From: Campylobacteraceae bacterium
Lineage (GTDB): Bacteria; Campylobacterota; Campylobacteria; Campylobacterales; Sulfurospirillaceae
NCBI GenBank assembly: GCA_027013245.1
Contig: JALUXT010000111.1
Coordinates: forward strand, 1-50,418
DNA: 50,418 bases
Reading direction: 5' to 3'
Shown: positions 18,969 to 27,748 of the stretch, in pieces
How positions within the stretch are numbered: position 1 is the first letter of the stretch
How the letters are laid out: the number at the start of each line of letters is the position of its first letter
Program-made: the position numbers and the translations under genes
The notes under the pieces: generated by a model
Database searches by the model: none
What the model saw: only the letters and a program-made list of their open reading frames with translations
Told to the model about the DNA's origin: nothing

Positions 18969-18977
18969 TGATATAAT
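18969..18977 (+). promoter_or_regulatory. Extended -10 promoter of the djlA-like gene
   Basis: TGATATAAT followed by SD AAGGAG and ATG at 19003. Confidence 0.6.
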
Positions 18978-19002
18978 CTCTTTTTTTTAAAGGAGCAATC
19001 AA

Positions 19003-19752
19003 ATGAAATCTATACTACTTTTTTTCGCAGTCATTGTATTTTATATGCTAACCCGCAATTATAAAAGCGATGGCTATAATATAAAAGTTGATGCAAGGCA
19101 AAAATTTAACGGTGATTTAAAAGACCATGAAGCTGGACTTCTCATCGCTTTGATGGCAAAAGTGGCAAAAGCTGATGGACATGTAAGCGAACTAGAAGCA
19201 CAAATGCTTAGTAACACTCTCACCCAACTTTCATCAGTTTTTCAAAACCAAGAAGAGATAAGAGCGAAACTAAAAGATATATACAAAAAAGAGCTTGAAG
19301 GTTTTGAAAATACACTTGAAATCGCTCAAAAATATTTAAAATTAACAAAACGAGATTATAGAAAAAGACTCTCCACTTTAGAGTATTTGTTAAACTTAGC
19401 TTTTATTGATAATGAATTTACAAACGAAGAGCGTATGGTTTGCGAAGATATTGCAAATGCCTTAGAGATAAAAAAGAGTGATTTTGAAAACTTAATCAAA
19501 AAATTTCAAAATTTTTATGCAAATCAATACAATCAACAAGTAAATACACTAGAAAATGCCTACAAAGTTTTAGGTGCAAGCAAAGAAGATGACATGATAA
19601 TCATCAAATCAAAATACAAAAAACTAGTGCGAGCAAATCATCCTGATTTACTGATGGGAAAGGGAGCTGAGCAGTCAATCATAGATAAAGCGACTGTAAA
19701 ACTCCAAGAGATAAATGAAGCTTATGGGATTATTAAAAAGAGTAGAGCTTGA
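19003..19752 (+). CDS. djlA: DjlA-like co-chaperone (N-terminal TM, TerB-like domain, C-terminal J domain)
   Basis: AKVAKADGHVS TerB-like motif; AYKVLG...NHPD...EINEAY J domain. Confidence 0.8.
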   Translation: MKSILLFFAVIVFYMLTRNYKSDGYNIKVDARQKFNGDLKDHEAGLLIALMAKVAKADGHVSELEAQMLSNTLTQLSSVFQNQEEIRAKLKDIYKKELEGFENTLEIAQKYLKLTKRDYRKRLSTLEYLLNLAFIDNEFTNEERMVCEDIANALEIKKSDFENLIKKFQNFYANQYNQQVNTLENAYKVLGASKEDDMIIIKSKYKKLVRANHPDLLMGKGAEQSIIDKATVKLQEINEAYGIIKKSRA

Positions 19753-20552
19753 AAAAAATAGTTCTATTACTCCTTTTATCTCTATCTCTTTATGCCTTAG
19801 ATATAGTAAAGGGAGAAGTGGCACTTGTTGAGCTAAAGCAGGGAGATACTATATCTTTAGATGGCAAAGAGTTGCCGATACTTCAAAATCCAGTAGAAAA
19901 GAACAAAAGATTTGCACTTATAGCGATTGATTATAAGAGTAAGCTTAAAGATGAAGTTTTAAAGATAGATGGTAAAAAAATACCTCTACATGTAAGAGCA
20001 GGAAAGTACAAAAAAGAGCAAATTAAAGTAGCAAAATCAAAAGTAAAACCAAGTAAAAAAGCACTCAACAAGATATATGCACAGTACAAAGAAGCCAAAA
20101 TAATATATGCGACTACTACACCAAGAAGGTATTGGAATAAGCCTTTTATCTTGCCTTTGCATTCGAAGATTACTAGCTCTTATGGCAATGCAAGGATGTT
20201 TAATAGTGTCTTAAAAAGCTTTCACTCAGGGACTGATTTTAGAGCAAAAATCGGCACGAAGATAAAGGCAACAAACGATGGAGTAGTGGTGATCGCTAAA
20301 AAAAGATATTATGCAGGTGGCTCAGTTGTCATCGACCATGGAGATGGGCTTTATAGCTGTTATTATCACCTAAGTAAGATTTTAGTGAAAGTAGGAGACA
20401 AAGTAAAGCAAAATGAAATCGTAGGACTAAGTGGAAAAAGTGGAAGAGTAAATGGACCGCATCTGCATTTTGGTATAAGATTGTATTCACACGCCATAAA
20501 TCCGCTACAATTTGTAAGTACTGTAAATAAACTTTTTAAAGCTAAAATGTGA
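19749..20552 (+). CDS. M23 family metallopeptidase, exported
   Basis: Signal peptide; HSGTDF; IDHG..YYHL; GPHLHF. Confidence 0.92.
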   Translation: MKKIVLLLLLSLSLYALDIVKGEVALVELKQGDTISLDGKELPILQNPVEKNKRFALIAIDYKSKLKDEVLKIDGKKIPLHVRAGKYKKEQIKVAKSKVKPSKKALNKIYAQYKEAKIIYATTTPRRYWNKPFILPLHSKITSSYGNARMFNSVLKSFHSGTDFRAKIGTKIKATNDGVVVIAKKRYYAGGSVVIDHGDGLYSCYYHLSKILVKVGDKVKQNEIVGLSGKSGRVNGPHLHFGIRLYSHAINPLQFVSTVNKLFKAKM

Positions 20553-20570
20553 AGATTTTACATCAAGTGC

Positions 20571-20960
20571 TTAACCTTCTATCTCTTGAACCCATTGCAT
20601 CATTTTTTTATTTGCCACGGGGCTAGGGGCTTGAAGAAAGCTTACTACATAAGCATTGTCTGTAACAACTATACCAAATGAACGAGGTCTGATAGCTGCA
20701 ATTTGAGGGGAAATAAGTTTATCTCCAAAACAGCACAAAATATTTTTTGCGTCATGTATGTCTTCTGAGATTTCGTGTGATTCTAATCCTTTTGTATAAG
20801 TGTAATGGTCAAATATACCTATATATATAGCAATAGGATCTTTTTCTATTTTCTGGCGAAGATATGAAATAATTTCGTCCATATTATTGAAGTGTGTTTT
20901 ATCTTTTTCTATTGTTTTTGTAAATACAGGATATTTATCCATAAATGTGATTTGTTGCAT
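20571..20960 (-). CDS. Conserved hypothetical protein (DUF6858/DUF302-like)
   Basis: SD GGAGGAG before ATG at 20960; FDHY.YT and RPRSFG motifs. Last gene on the nar strand. Confidence 0.75.
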   Translation of the reverse strand: MQQITFMDKYPVFTKTIEKDKTHFNNMDEIISYLRQKIEKDPIAIYIGIFDHYTYTKGLESHEISEDIHDAKNILCCFGDKLISPQIAAIRPRSFGIVVTDNAYVVSFLQAPSPVANKKMMQWVQEIEG

Positions 20961-20993
20961 GTTCTCCTCCAAAAATAGTTTTATGATTTAAAC

Positions 20994-21019
20994 GGGAGAG
21001 TAAAATTATACACTCTCCC
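20994..21019 (-). terminator. Stem-loop downstream of the distal narK
   Basis: GGGAGAGT / ACTCTCCC 8-bp stem followed on the minus strand by GTTT. Confidence 0.55.
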
Positions 21020-21032
21020 TTGCGCTAAATTA

Positions 21033-22589
21033 TTAGCATTTAACTTCAGAATTTTTTCTATCGTAGTACCACCAATTTAATACAAGACACAACATATAAT
21101 ATGCAACAAAACCATAAATAGCATACTCTGCATGCCCAGATTTTATTTGTTGACCAAATAGTTTTGGCATAATAAATGCTCCATAAGCAGCAATTGCAGC
21201 AGTCCAACCCAATACAGGACCTGCTTGAGTCTTATTGAATATATATGGGATACTTCTAAATGTAGAACCATTACCGATACCAGTGCCAGCAAAAAGAGCC
21301 ATAAATCCCCAAAAGAATGGCCACCAATACTGAGCAGCGGCAGCTTCAGGACCTGATATAGCAGCAACTTCTCTAGCTCTTACAATAAAATAACCAACAG
21401 CTAAAGCAGAAACGACTTGAAGAATAGTACTCCAAGTGGTTACTTTTGAACCAGAATTTACTTTATCAGCTAACCAACCACCAACAGGTCGAATTAAAGC
21501 ACCAACCAATGGTCCAAGAAATGCATAGTGAAATGGATTGATTTGACCTTGAAAGATATCTTGGATAAGTTTTGGAAAAGATGCAGCATATCCGATAAAC
21601 GAACCAAATGTCATTGTATAAATAATAGTCATAATCCAAGTATGCTTGTTTCCAAAAATATCAAACTGTTTATTAAGATTGCCTTTTAACTCGCTAGGAG
21701 ATAAAAATTTCATCAATAGCAAGGATACAATTACAACAGTAGGAAGAACTATCCACATATTGATTTTTAAGCCAATTAGCATATATGCACCAACTCCTGA
21801 AGCAATTACACCAAAAATCAATAACAATATAGTTTTTCCAAATTCACCTGCGTAATTACCTAATTTTGGAGTAGCACTTTTAAGGTTATTCATACCAAAA
21901 AATGAAGCTATAACTACAACCATAAGCAAAGGAACCCAAACCCAAGCAGCATCTTGGAGGTAAACAATTTTGTCGGAATTTGGCATAGTCATACCAGCAG
22001 AAAATACGCCAGTAGCAAGAACTATTGGAATTAGAAATTGCATTACACTAACACCTAAGTTACCAAGTCCTGCATTTAAACCTAAAGATGTACCTTGCAC
22101 TCTCTTTGGGAAAAAATAAGAGATATTTGACATAGAAGATGAAAAATTACCTCCACCAAAACCAGATGTTGCAGCTAAAATAGCGAGTGTTGCATAAGAA
22201 ACATTTTTGTCGCCCATCACCAAACCAGCACCAAAGGCAGGAATAAGTAAAAGTGCAGTAGTCAAGAAAATAACATTTCTTCCTCCACCGATACCAATCA
22301 AAAATCCATTTGGAATCCTAAGAGTAGCACCTGCAAGACCAGCAACGGCAGGAAGAGTCCACAGCATTGAATTTACATTTGCCCAATCTGCTGGAGTCTG
22401 TGGATTCATACCTAGTGTAAAGCCCATTTTTTTCATCTGGACTATCAGCATCCCCCACATTAGCCAAACTGAAAAAGCTAACAATAGTGCAGGAATAGAT
22501 ATCCATAAATTTTTATTGGCTATACTTTTTCCTTCTCTTTGCCAAAATCCTTCGTCTTCTACATCCCAATTCGTTATATTTATAGACAT
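21033..22589 (-). CDS. narK: Nitrate/nitrite MFS transporter (NarK2-like)
   Basis: WDVEDEGFW; NLWISIPALLLAF; GATLRIP; GFGGGNF; GLGNLG; TFGSFIG; GIGNGSTF. Confidence 0.92.
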   Translation of the reverse strand: MSINITNWDVEDEGFWQREGKSIANKNLWISIPALLLAFSVWLMWGMLIVQMKKMGFTLGMNPQTPADWANVNSMLWTLPAVAGLAGATLRIPNGFLIGIGGGRNVIFLTTALLLIPAFGAGLVMGDKNVSYATLAILAATSGFGGGNFSSSMSNISYFFPKRVQGTSLGLNAGLGNLGVSVMQFLIPIVLATGVFSAGMTMPNSDKIVYLQDAAWVWVPLLMVVVIASFFGMNNLKSATPKLGNYAGEFGKTILLLIFGVIASGVGAYMLIGLKINMWIVLPTVVIVSLLLMKFLSPSELKGNLNKQFDIFGNKHTWIMTIIYTMTFGSFIGYAASFPKLIQDIFQGQINPFHYAFLGPLVGALIRPVGGWLADKVNSGSKVTTWSTILQVVSALAVGYFIVRAREVAAISGPEAAAAQYWWPFFWGFMALFAGTGIGNGSTFRSIPYIFNKTQAGPVLGWTAAIAAYGAFIMPKLFGQQIKSGHAEYAIYGFVAYYMLCLVLNWWYYDRKNSEVKC

Positions 22590-22604
22590 TCTATGTCTCC
22601 TTTT

Positions 22605-23216
22605 TTATAGTTTTGCAAATTCTTCATCAGAAAAATTTCTATGTGCATATGTGAATATTATAGTTTCTTCTCTAAAAATATGAACTCTAAGTAACTCTGC
22701 AAAAGATCTTGATTCTGTTATCGCAGCGTCTAAAACAATGATTCTTGATCTCTCATCAGGAATTCTTGAAAAAAGAGCAAACAGATTAAAAGTAACAGCT
22801 GCCATTTGAAGAAATTTAGCATGTTCATCTTCTAATACATCTATAGAATTAAACTCATCCATACCTTTTGAATGATCACCATCTTTATTCATCTTTTCGC
22901 TTAAAATCCTAAAAAATATTTTCTCTTCTCTTAGGTTGTGAGTTCTCAACTCTTCATCAAAATACTCAAAAAACTTTTGCAATCTCTTATCTATCTCTCT
23001 ATCGACTTTTCCTTGCTCCATCATAACTAAGGTTTCTTCAAATTCTGTCAATCTATCCAAAACCTCTTTGTGTTCATCGGTCAAATTTTGTAGAAATGGA
23101 TGCAACTCTTCATAAGGAACTTCATCATCCACCTTGGGAGGATTATAAGCATCTGGTGGAGAGTACGGAGAAGCACCATCTCCTAAATTCATATTTTCAT
23201 CTACTACTTCATTCAT
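22605..23216 (-). CDS. Hemerythrin/HHE cation-binding domain protein
   Basis: DEH...HNLREEKIFF...DEH...HIFREETIIF di-iron ligand pattern. Confidence 0.85.
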   Translation of the reverse strand: MNEVVDENMNLGDGASPYSPPDAYNPPKVDDEVPYEELHPFLQNLTDEHKEVLDRLTEFEETLVMMEQGKVDREIDKRLQKFFEYFDEELRTHNLREEKIFFRILSEKMNKDGDHSKGMDEFNSIDVLEDEHAKFLQMAAVTFNLFALFSRIPDERSRIIVLDAAITESRSFAELLRVHIFREETIIFTYAHRNFSDEEFAKL

Positions 23217-23228
23217 TAATTTTTTTCC

Positions 23229-24698
23229 TTATTTTTTATCAGCTTCATTAGTAATCTCTGTCATCAGCCACCATAAAGCCAACAATGAAACTACAAACAT
23301 AAATACCCAAGCACTAGACCAAATACCAGTGAATTTCAATAAATACCCTAAAATAATTGGTATTATAAACCCACCAAGTCCACCAAGAACTCCAACGACA
23401 CCGCCTACCATACCAACATCTTGTGGATAGTGTTCAGGAATATACTTATAAACAGAAGCTTTTCCTATACCAAAAGTAGAACCTAAAATAATCACCAATA
23501 ATGCAAATATCCAAACATTTGCTTGAAAAGATATTTTAGTGAACCCTTTAATTAAAAGTTGTTTTTTCTTTACTTTGTCTCCAACTTTTACTATGGCTGA
23601 TTGCCAAGATTGCTTAACAGGAAGGATATACATGTCTTTACTATCGATAATATTATCCCCTGCATTTTCTTTCTTAGGAGTAAAATGATATACCGTTTTA
23701 CCAACAGTTACACTATTTCCACTAATAGCTATTACTGTTCCTGGTATTTTTGCTACAACACCTGGCCCAGGAGAAGAAATATCCATCTTTGGAACCATCA
23801 ATAAAGCAGTAATTCCTATAGTAACAGTTAAAACCCACATTGTTACTTTTCTTTCACCGTAAACATCAGATAACCATCCACCGAATGCTCGAATTACACC
23901 TGATGGTAAACTAAATGCAGCTGCGAATAGTCCTGCTGTTACGAGTGGAAGATAATACACATTTACAAAATATGGGATTAACCACTGAGAAAATGCAACA
24001 AATCCACCGAAAACCAAAAAGTACCAATAACCAAATTTCCATACTTTTAAATCTTTTAGTGGAATCATCATTTGTGCGAGTGTTTTATGCGATGATGCAG
24101 TAAGCTTATTTTCTGTTACAAATAAAAATACTATACCCATGACAACAAGCATCACAGAATAATAAATAGGCAATGTTCTCCACCCATCAAGATTTGCTCC
24201 ATTGTTTGTCAAATGTTTTAAAACGGTTGGAGCCAAAATTGCAGTTGCTGCTGCACCTGCATTACCTGCACCGAAAATTCCAAGAGCGATACCTTGATTC
24301 TTCTTTGGATACCAAACAGATGTAAATGCGATACCTACGGCAAAACTAGCACCTGTTATACCAAACCCTAAACTGTAAAGTGCATACTCGGTAAAACTGT
24401 TTGCTGTTGAAAGTAGATACATCGGAATTGCGGATAAAATCAGCAAAAAACCATAAACATATTTTCCGCCAAATTTATCTGTCAATATTCCGACTGGAAA
24501 CCTCGCCAACGCTCCTGTCAAAACTGGAATACCTATAAGCCAACCAGCTTGCACCATGTTCCAATCAAATACTTGATTGCTCATTAAAAAAGTTACTAAT
24601 ACCCCATTTAGCATCCAAGCTGCAAAAGCTATCGTAAATGCTAGGGTATTGAAAAAAAGCATTTTATGCGATTTTCCTGTTGCGACTTTTATCATCAT
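23229..24698 (-). CDS. narK: Nitrate/nitrite MFS transporter (NarK1-like) with an inserted soluble domain
   Basis: PVLTGALARFP; SFAVGI; GIFGAGNAG; FGGFVAF; RAFGGWLSD; GGLGGF. Confidence 0.9.
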   Translation of the reverse strand: MMIKVATGKSHKMLFFNTLAFTIAFAAWMLNGVLVTFLMSNQVFDWNMVQAGWLIGIPVLTGALARFPVGILTDKFGGKYVYGFLLILSAIPMYLLSTANSFTEYALYSLGFGITGASFAVGIAFTSVWYPKKNQGIALGIFGAGNAGAAATAILAPTVLKHLTNNGANLDGWRTLPIYYSVMLVVMGIVFLFVTENKLTASSHKTLAQMMIPLKDLKVWKFGYWYFLVFGGFVAFSQWLIPYFVNVYYLPLVTAGLFAAAFSLPSGVIRAFGGWLSDVYGERKVTMWVLTVTIGITALLMVPKMDISSPGPGVVAKIPGTVIAISGNSVTVGKTVYHFTPKKENAGDNIIDSKDMYILPVKQSWQSAIVKVGDKVKKKQLLIKGFTKISFQANVWIFALLVIILGSTFGIGKASVYKYIPEHYPQDVGMVGGVVGVLGGLGGFIIPIILGYLLKFTGIWSSAWVFMFVVSLLALWWLMTEITNEADKK

Positions 24699-24723
24699 TT
24701 TTTCCTTTTTTTTAAATTAAAAC

Positions 24724-25434
24724 TTATATATTTTTTGGTCTTGTAACAGTCCAAGGAGTACTTGTATCTCTAATTTCTTTTCTATCCCAGTACCATCTAA
24801 CAACCTGATAAGGTCTTGAAATATAGTGAAAAGGTGCCACTAGAAAGTGTACAAATCTAGAAAATGGAATTAGGAAGATAAAAAGAGATGCTCCAACAAC
24901 ATGAAGTTGCACAGCTATAGGCATAGCAGAAATAGCACTGATATCAGGGTTAAGCATCCAAATAGATCTTAAATATGGTACCATTACAGAAGCATACCAT
25001 TGTGAGCCCCATCCTAAACTAGTTGCAATATAAATACCTAATCCAAACTGGACAAGAAGAACAAACTCTATAAAAACATCCATTTTTGTGGTTACTGCCT
25101 TAATTCTATCATTAGTAAATCTTCTTATCATTAGAAAAAGAAGTCCTACGATAGCAGAGATACCAAAAACTAATGATACTGTTTCAAAAGTTACTATCCC
25201 TGAACCACCTATTCGTGTAAATAGTGAAGGGAACAAAAAGCCTACTAAATGACCAGTTAGAATAACCAAAATACCAATGTGAAAAGGAACAGAAGCTAAA
25301 AACAGTTTTTTTGTTTCTAGAAACTGTGAAGATAGAGAAGAGTATTTAAACCCTGTTTGATATCTCCATATTGTTCCTATAATAAACACAACTACAGCCA
25401 CATAAGGAAATGCGCCAAACAATAAAATATCCAT
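24724..25434 (-). CDS. narI: Respiratory nitrate reductase gamma subunit (cytochrome b)
   Basis: SSLSSQFLE; FHIG...GH; LH...PFSRFVH heme ligands; RPYQVVR. Confidence 0.95.
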   Translation of the reverse strand: MDILLFGAFPYVAVVVFIIGTIWRYQTGFKYSSLSSQFLETKKLFLASVPFHIGILVILTGHLVGFLFPSLFTRIGGSGIVTFETVSLVFGISAIVGLLFLMIRRFTNDRIKAVTTKMDVFIEFVLLVQFGLGIYIATSLGWGSQWYASVMVPYLRSIWMLNPDISAISAMPIAVQLHVVGASLFIFLIPFSRFVHFLVAPFHYISRPYQVVRWYWDRKEIRDTSTPWTVTRPKNI

Positions 25435-25460
25435 ATTAAATCCTTTTATTTATTAAAATC

Positions 25461-26165
25461 TTAACAACCGCTGCTGCCGCAGCCAACGGTACCGCAACTA
25501 TTGGAACTCTGTTTACCCTCTTGAATCTCAAGCTCACCTCTAATATGCCCTAAAAAGCTCTCATTTTTAAATGGTTTATTCTCTTTTAATAAAGAAAAAT
25601 CACTATCTAAACTTATATATAGTGCTTTAAGAATATGCAAAAATATAGTTATAGAGGAAGATGGTACAATCAATGTTTTGTGTTGCTTCATATAAAGCTT
25701 ATCTTTTGCTTCAAGCGAAGATGGCTGAAATTCATTTATCATTTTTTCAACAGCAGGAGCCATAAGCATAGTGACCATCTCTGTTTTAACCTCATTATCT
25801 TCTAATTTAGGTAATAATCTCAATAGATTCGGAAGGAAATCACCAAGCTCCCTGCCACAATCATTATGTAATTTCGCATGTTCTTCGTTTAGTTTGACTA
25901 ACACAACCCCTCTTTGATAATCATCTCCATAAAGAACATAACCTACATCAAGAGAAGTTACAGCTTGCACCTCAAATGATTTTGAGTAAAGTTCCTGAAT
26001 TTCAAATATTTGTTTTGGAAGAAGTTCTGAAAATGTCTCTAGCTCTTTCTTTGCTTCTGGATAAGCATTTGATAATGATGCTATAGCTTCTGCTACAACA
26101 TCATTATAATTATCTTTTGGATAGTCAAAAAGTTTCGAGATAGAATTATAATGTTTTAAACTCAT
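25461..26165 (-). CDS. narJ: Nitrate reductase molybdenum cofactor assembly chaperone
   Basis: Between narH and narI; LFDYP; QELY..F; LYGDDYQRG; ELGDFLP. Confidence 0.85.
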   Translation of the reverse strand: MSLKHYNSISKLFDYPKDNYNDVVAEAIASLSNAYPEAKKELETFSELLPKQIFEIQELYSKSFEVQAVTSLDVGYVLYGDDYQRGVVLVKLNEEHAKLHNDCGRELGDFLPNLLRLLPKLEDNEVKTEMVTMLMAPAVEKMINEFQPSSLEAKDKLYMKQHKTLIVPSSSITIFLHILKALYISLDSDFSLLKENKPFKNESFLGHIRGELEIQEGKQSSNSCGTVGCGSSGC

Positions 26166-27712
26166 TATAATCCCCTAACAGGTTTTTCAGTGAAACCAAA
26201 TCCTGTATTGCCTTTGACTTCTTCTGTGGCCTCTAGCATCTCTAGAGCTTGTTCTCTATGAGCCGCTGGAATCACAAATCTTTCATTAAATTTAGGTAAT
26301 GAAGTCATTTTGTATATAGCTTCAGCCTCGTCTTCGGTCAAACTAACTTCTTTTAACGCAGCAGCAGATTTTTGAGCAGATATATCCCCTACTGTTGTGT
26401 GTCTTCTGTAAATTCTAATAGCCATTAATTTTTTAAGTTTATCTGCTACTAAAGCTTCATTTCCCGCACCAAATAAATTTGCCATATACTTCAGTGGTAA
26501 ACGCATATTGTCAATAGTTCCAAAAATACCATCTAAACTTGTGTCGTACAACCATTTGTCATCCCAGTTTTTAGCGACTGCATGTAATTCTGGAGTATCT
26601 TCTTTTTGCTCTCCAACCATCGCCATAACTGGTAGCATTGGTGGCACATAAAAAAGATTTGGCAATGTTCTAAACTCTGCATGAAGTGGCAATGCAATCT
26701 TCCACTCTTTTACAAATTTGTAAACTGGTGAATTTTGAGCTGCTGCTATAGTAGAATCAGCTATACCATTTGCTCTAGCTGCTTCTATTACTTTTGGATC
26801 ATGCGGATCTAAGTATATATCTATTTGATCTTGGATTAAATTATCATCATCAGAAGATGCGATTGATTCTATTTTATCTGCATCATAAAGCATAACTCCT
26901 AAGTATCTGATTCTACCGACACATGAGTGCATACAAGCTGGAGCTTCTCCGACTTCGATTCTTGGAAAGCATAGTACGCATTTTTCAGATTTACCAGTGC
27001 TCCAATTGTAGTAAGTTTTCTTGTATGGACAAGCAGTCACACACATTCTCCAACCTCTACAAACGCTTTGGTCAATCAAAACAACACCATCTTCACCTCT
27101 TTTATAGATAGCTCCTGAAGGACAAGAGGCTACACAAGCTGGGTTTAGGCAGTGATTACAAATCCTAGGTAAATAGAAAAATGCCATCTTCTCTAACTGA
27201 AACATAGCTTCTTGTTCTGCAGCTGATAAGTTTTCCAAGTTAGGATCTTTTCTTGCAAAATCAGGGGTACCACTTAAATCATCATCCCAGTTTGGCCCCA
27301 TCTTAATATCTATTGGCTTTCCAGTTATAACTGAAACTGGTCTAGCTACTGGCTGAACATCTTGCTCAGGTGATTCTATTAAATCCAAATACTTATATGC
27401 AAATGGCTCATAATAGTCACCAATAACTGGTAAATTAGGATTATGAAATATATTTAACAATCCTTTTCTTTTACCAGCTCCTTTTAGAGAGATGCTTCCT
27501 GAGCCATTTTGCTCCCAACCACCTTTATATATATCTTGGTCTTCCCATTTAGTAGGGTAACCTGTTCCTGGCTTTGTTTCAACATTATTCCACCACATAT
27601 ATTCAGAACCTTCACGATCTGTCCATATATTTTTACATGCAACGGTACATGTATGACAACCTATACATTTATCTAAGTGAAAAACCATTGACATTTGTGA
27701 TCTTATATCCAT
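26165..27712 (-). CDS. narH: Respiratory nitrate reductase beta subunit (Fe-S)
   Basis: LDKCIGCHTC; WNNVETKPG; PRICNHCLNPAC; CRGWRMC; SEKCVLCFPR. Confidence 0.97.
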   Translation of the reverse strand: MDIRSQMSMVFHLDKCIGCHTCTVACKNIWTDREGSEYMWWNNVETKPGTGYPTKWEDQDIYKGGWEQNGSGSISLKGAGKRKGLLNIFHNPNLPVIGDYYEPFAYKYLDLIESPEQDVQPVARPVSVITGKPIDIKMGPNWDDDLSGTPDFARKDPNLENLSAAEQEAMFQLEKMAFFYLPRICNHCLNPACVASCPSGAIYKRGEDGVVLIDQSVCRGWRMCVTACPYKKTYYNWSTGKSEKCVLCFPRIEVGEAPACMHSCVGRIRYLGVMLYDADKIESIASSDDDNLIQDQIDIYLDPHDPKVIEAARANGIADSTIAAAQNSPVYKFVKEWKIALPLHAEFRTLPNLFYVPPMLPVMAMVGEQKEDTPELHAVAKNWDDKWLYDTSLDGIFGTIDNMRLPLKYMANLFGAGNEALVADKLKKLMAIRIYRRHTTVGDISAQKSAAALKEVSLTEDEAEAIYKMTSLPKFNERFVIPAAHREQALEMLEATEEVKGNTGFGFTEKPVRGL

Positions 27713-27748
27713 TTTTATTCCTTTTATAGCTATTTTTTCACTATCGAA

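Noticed and set aside
22207-22683. 158-aa plus-strand ORF, and the other short ORFs antisense to annotated genes
   Set aside because: Antisense shadows of well-supported genes without motifs or their own expression signals.
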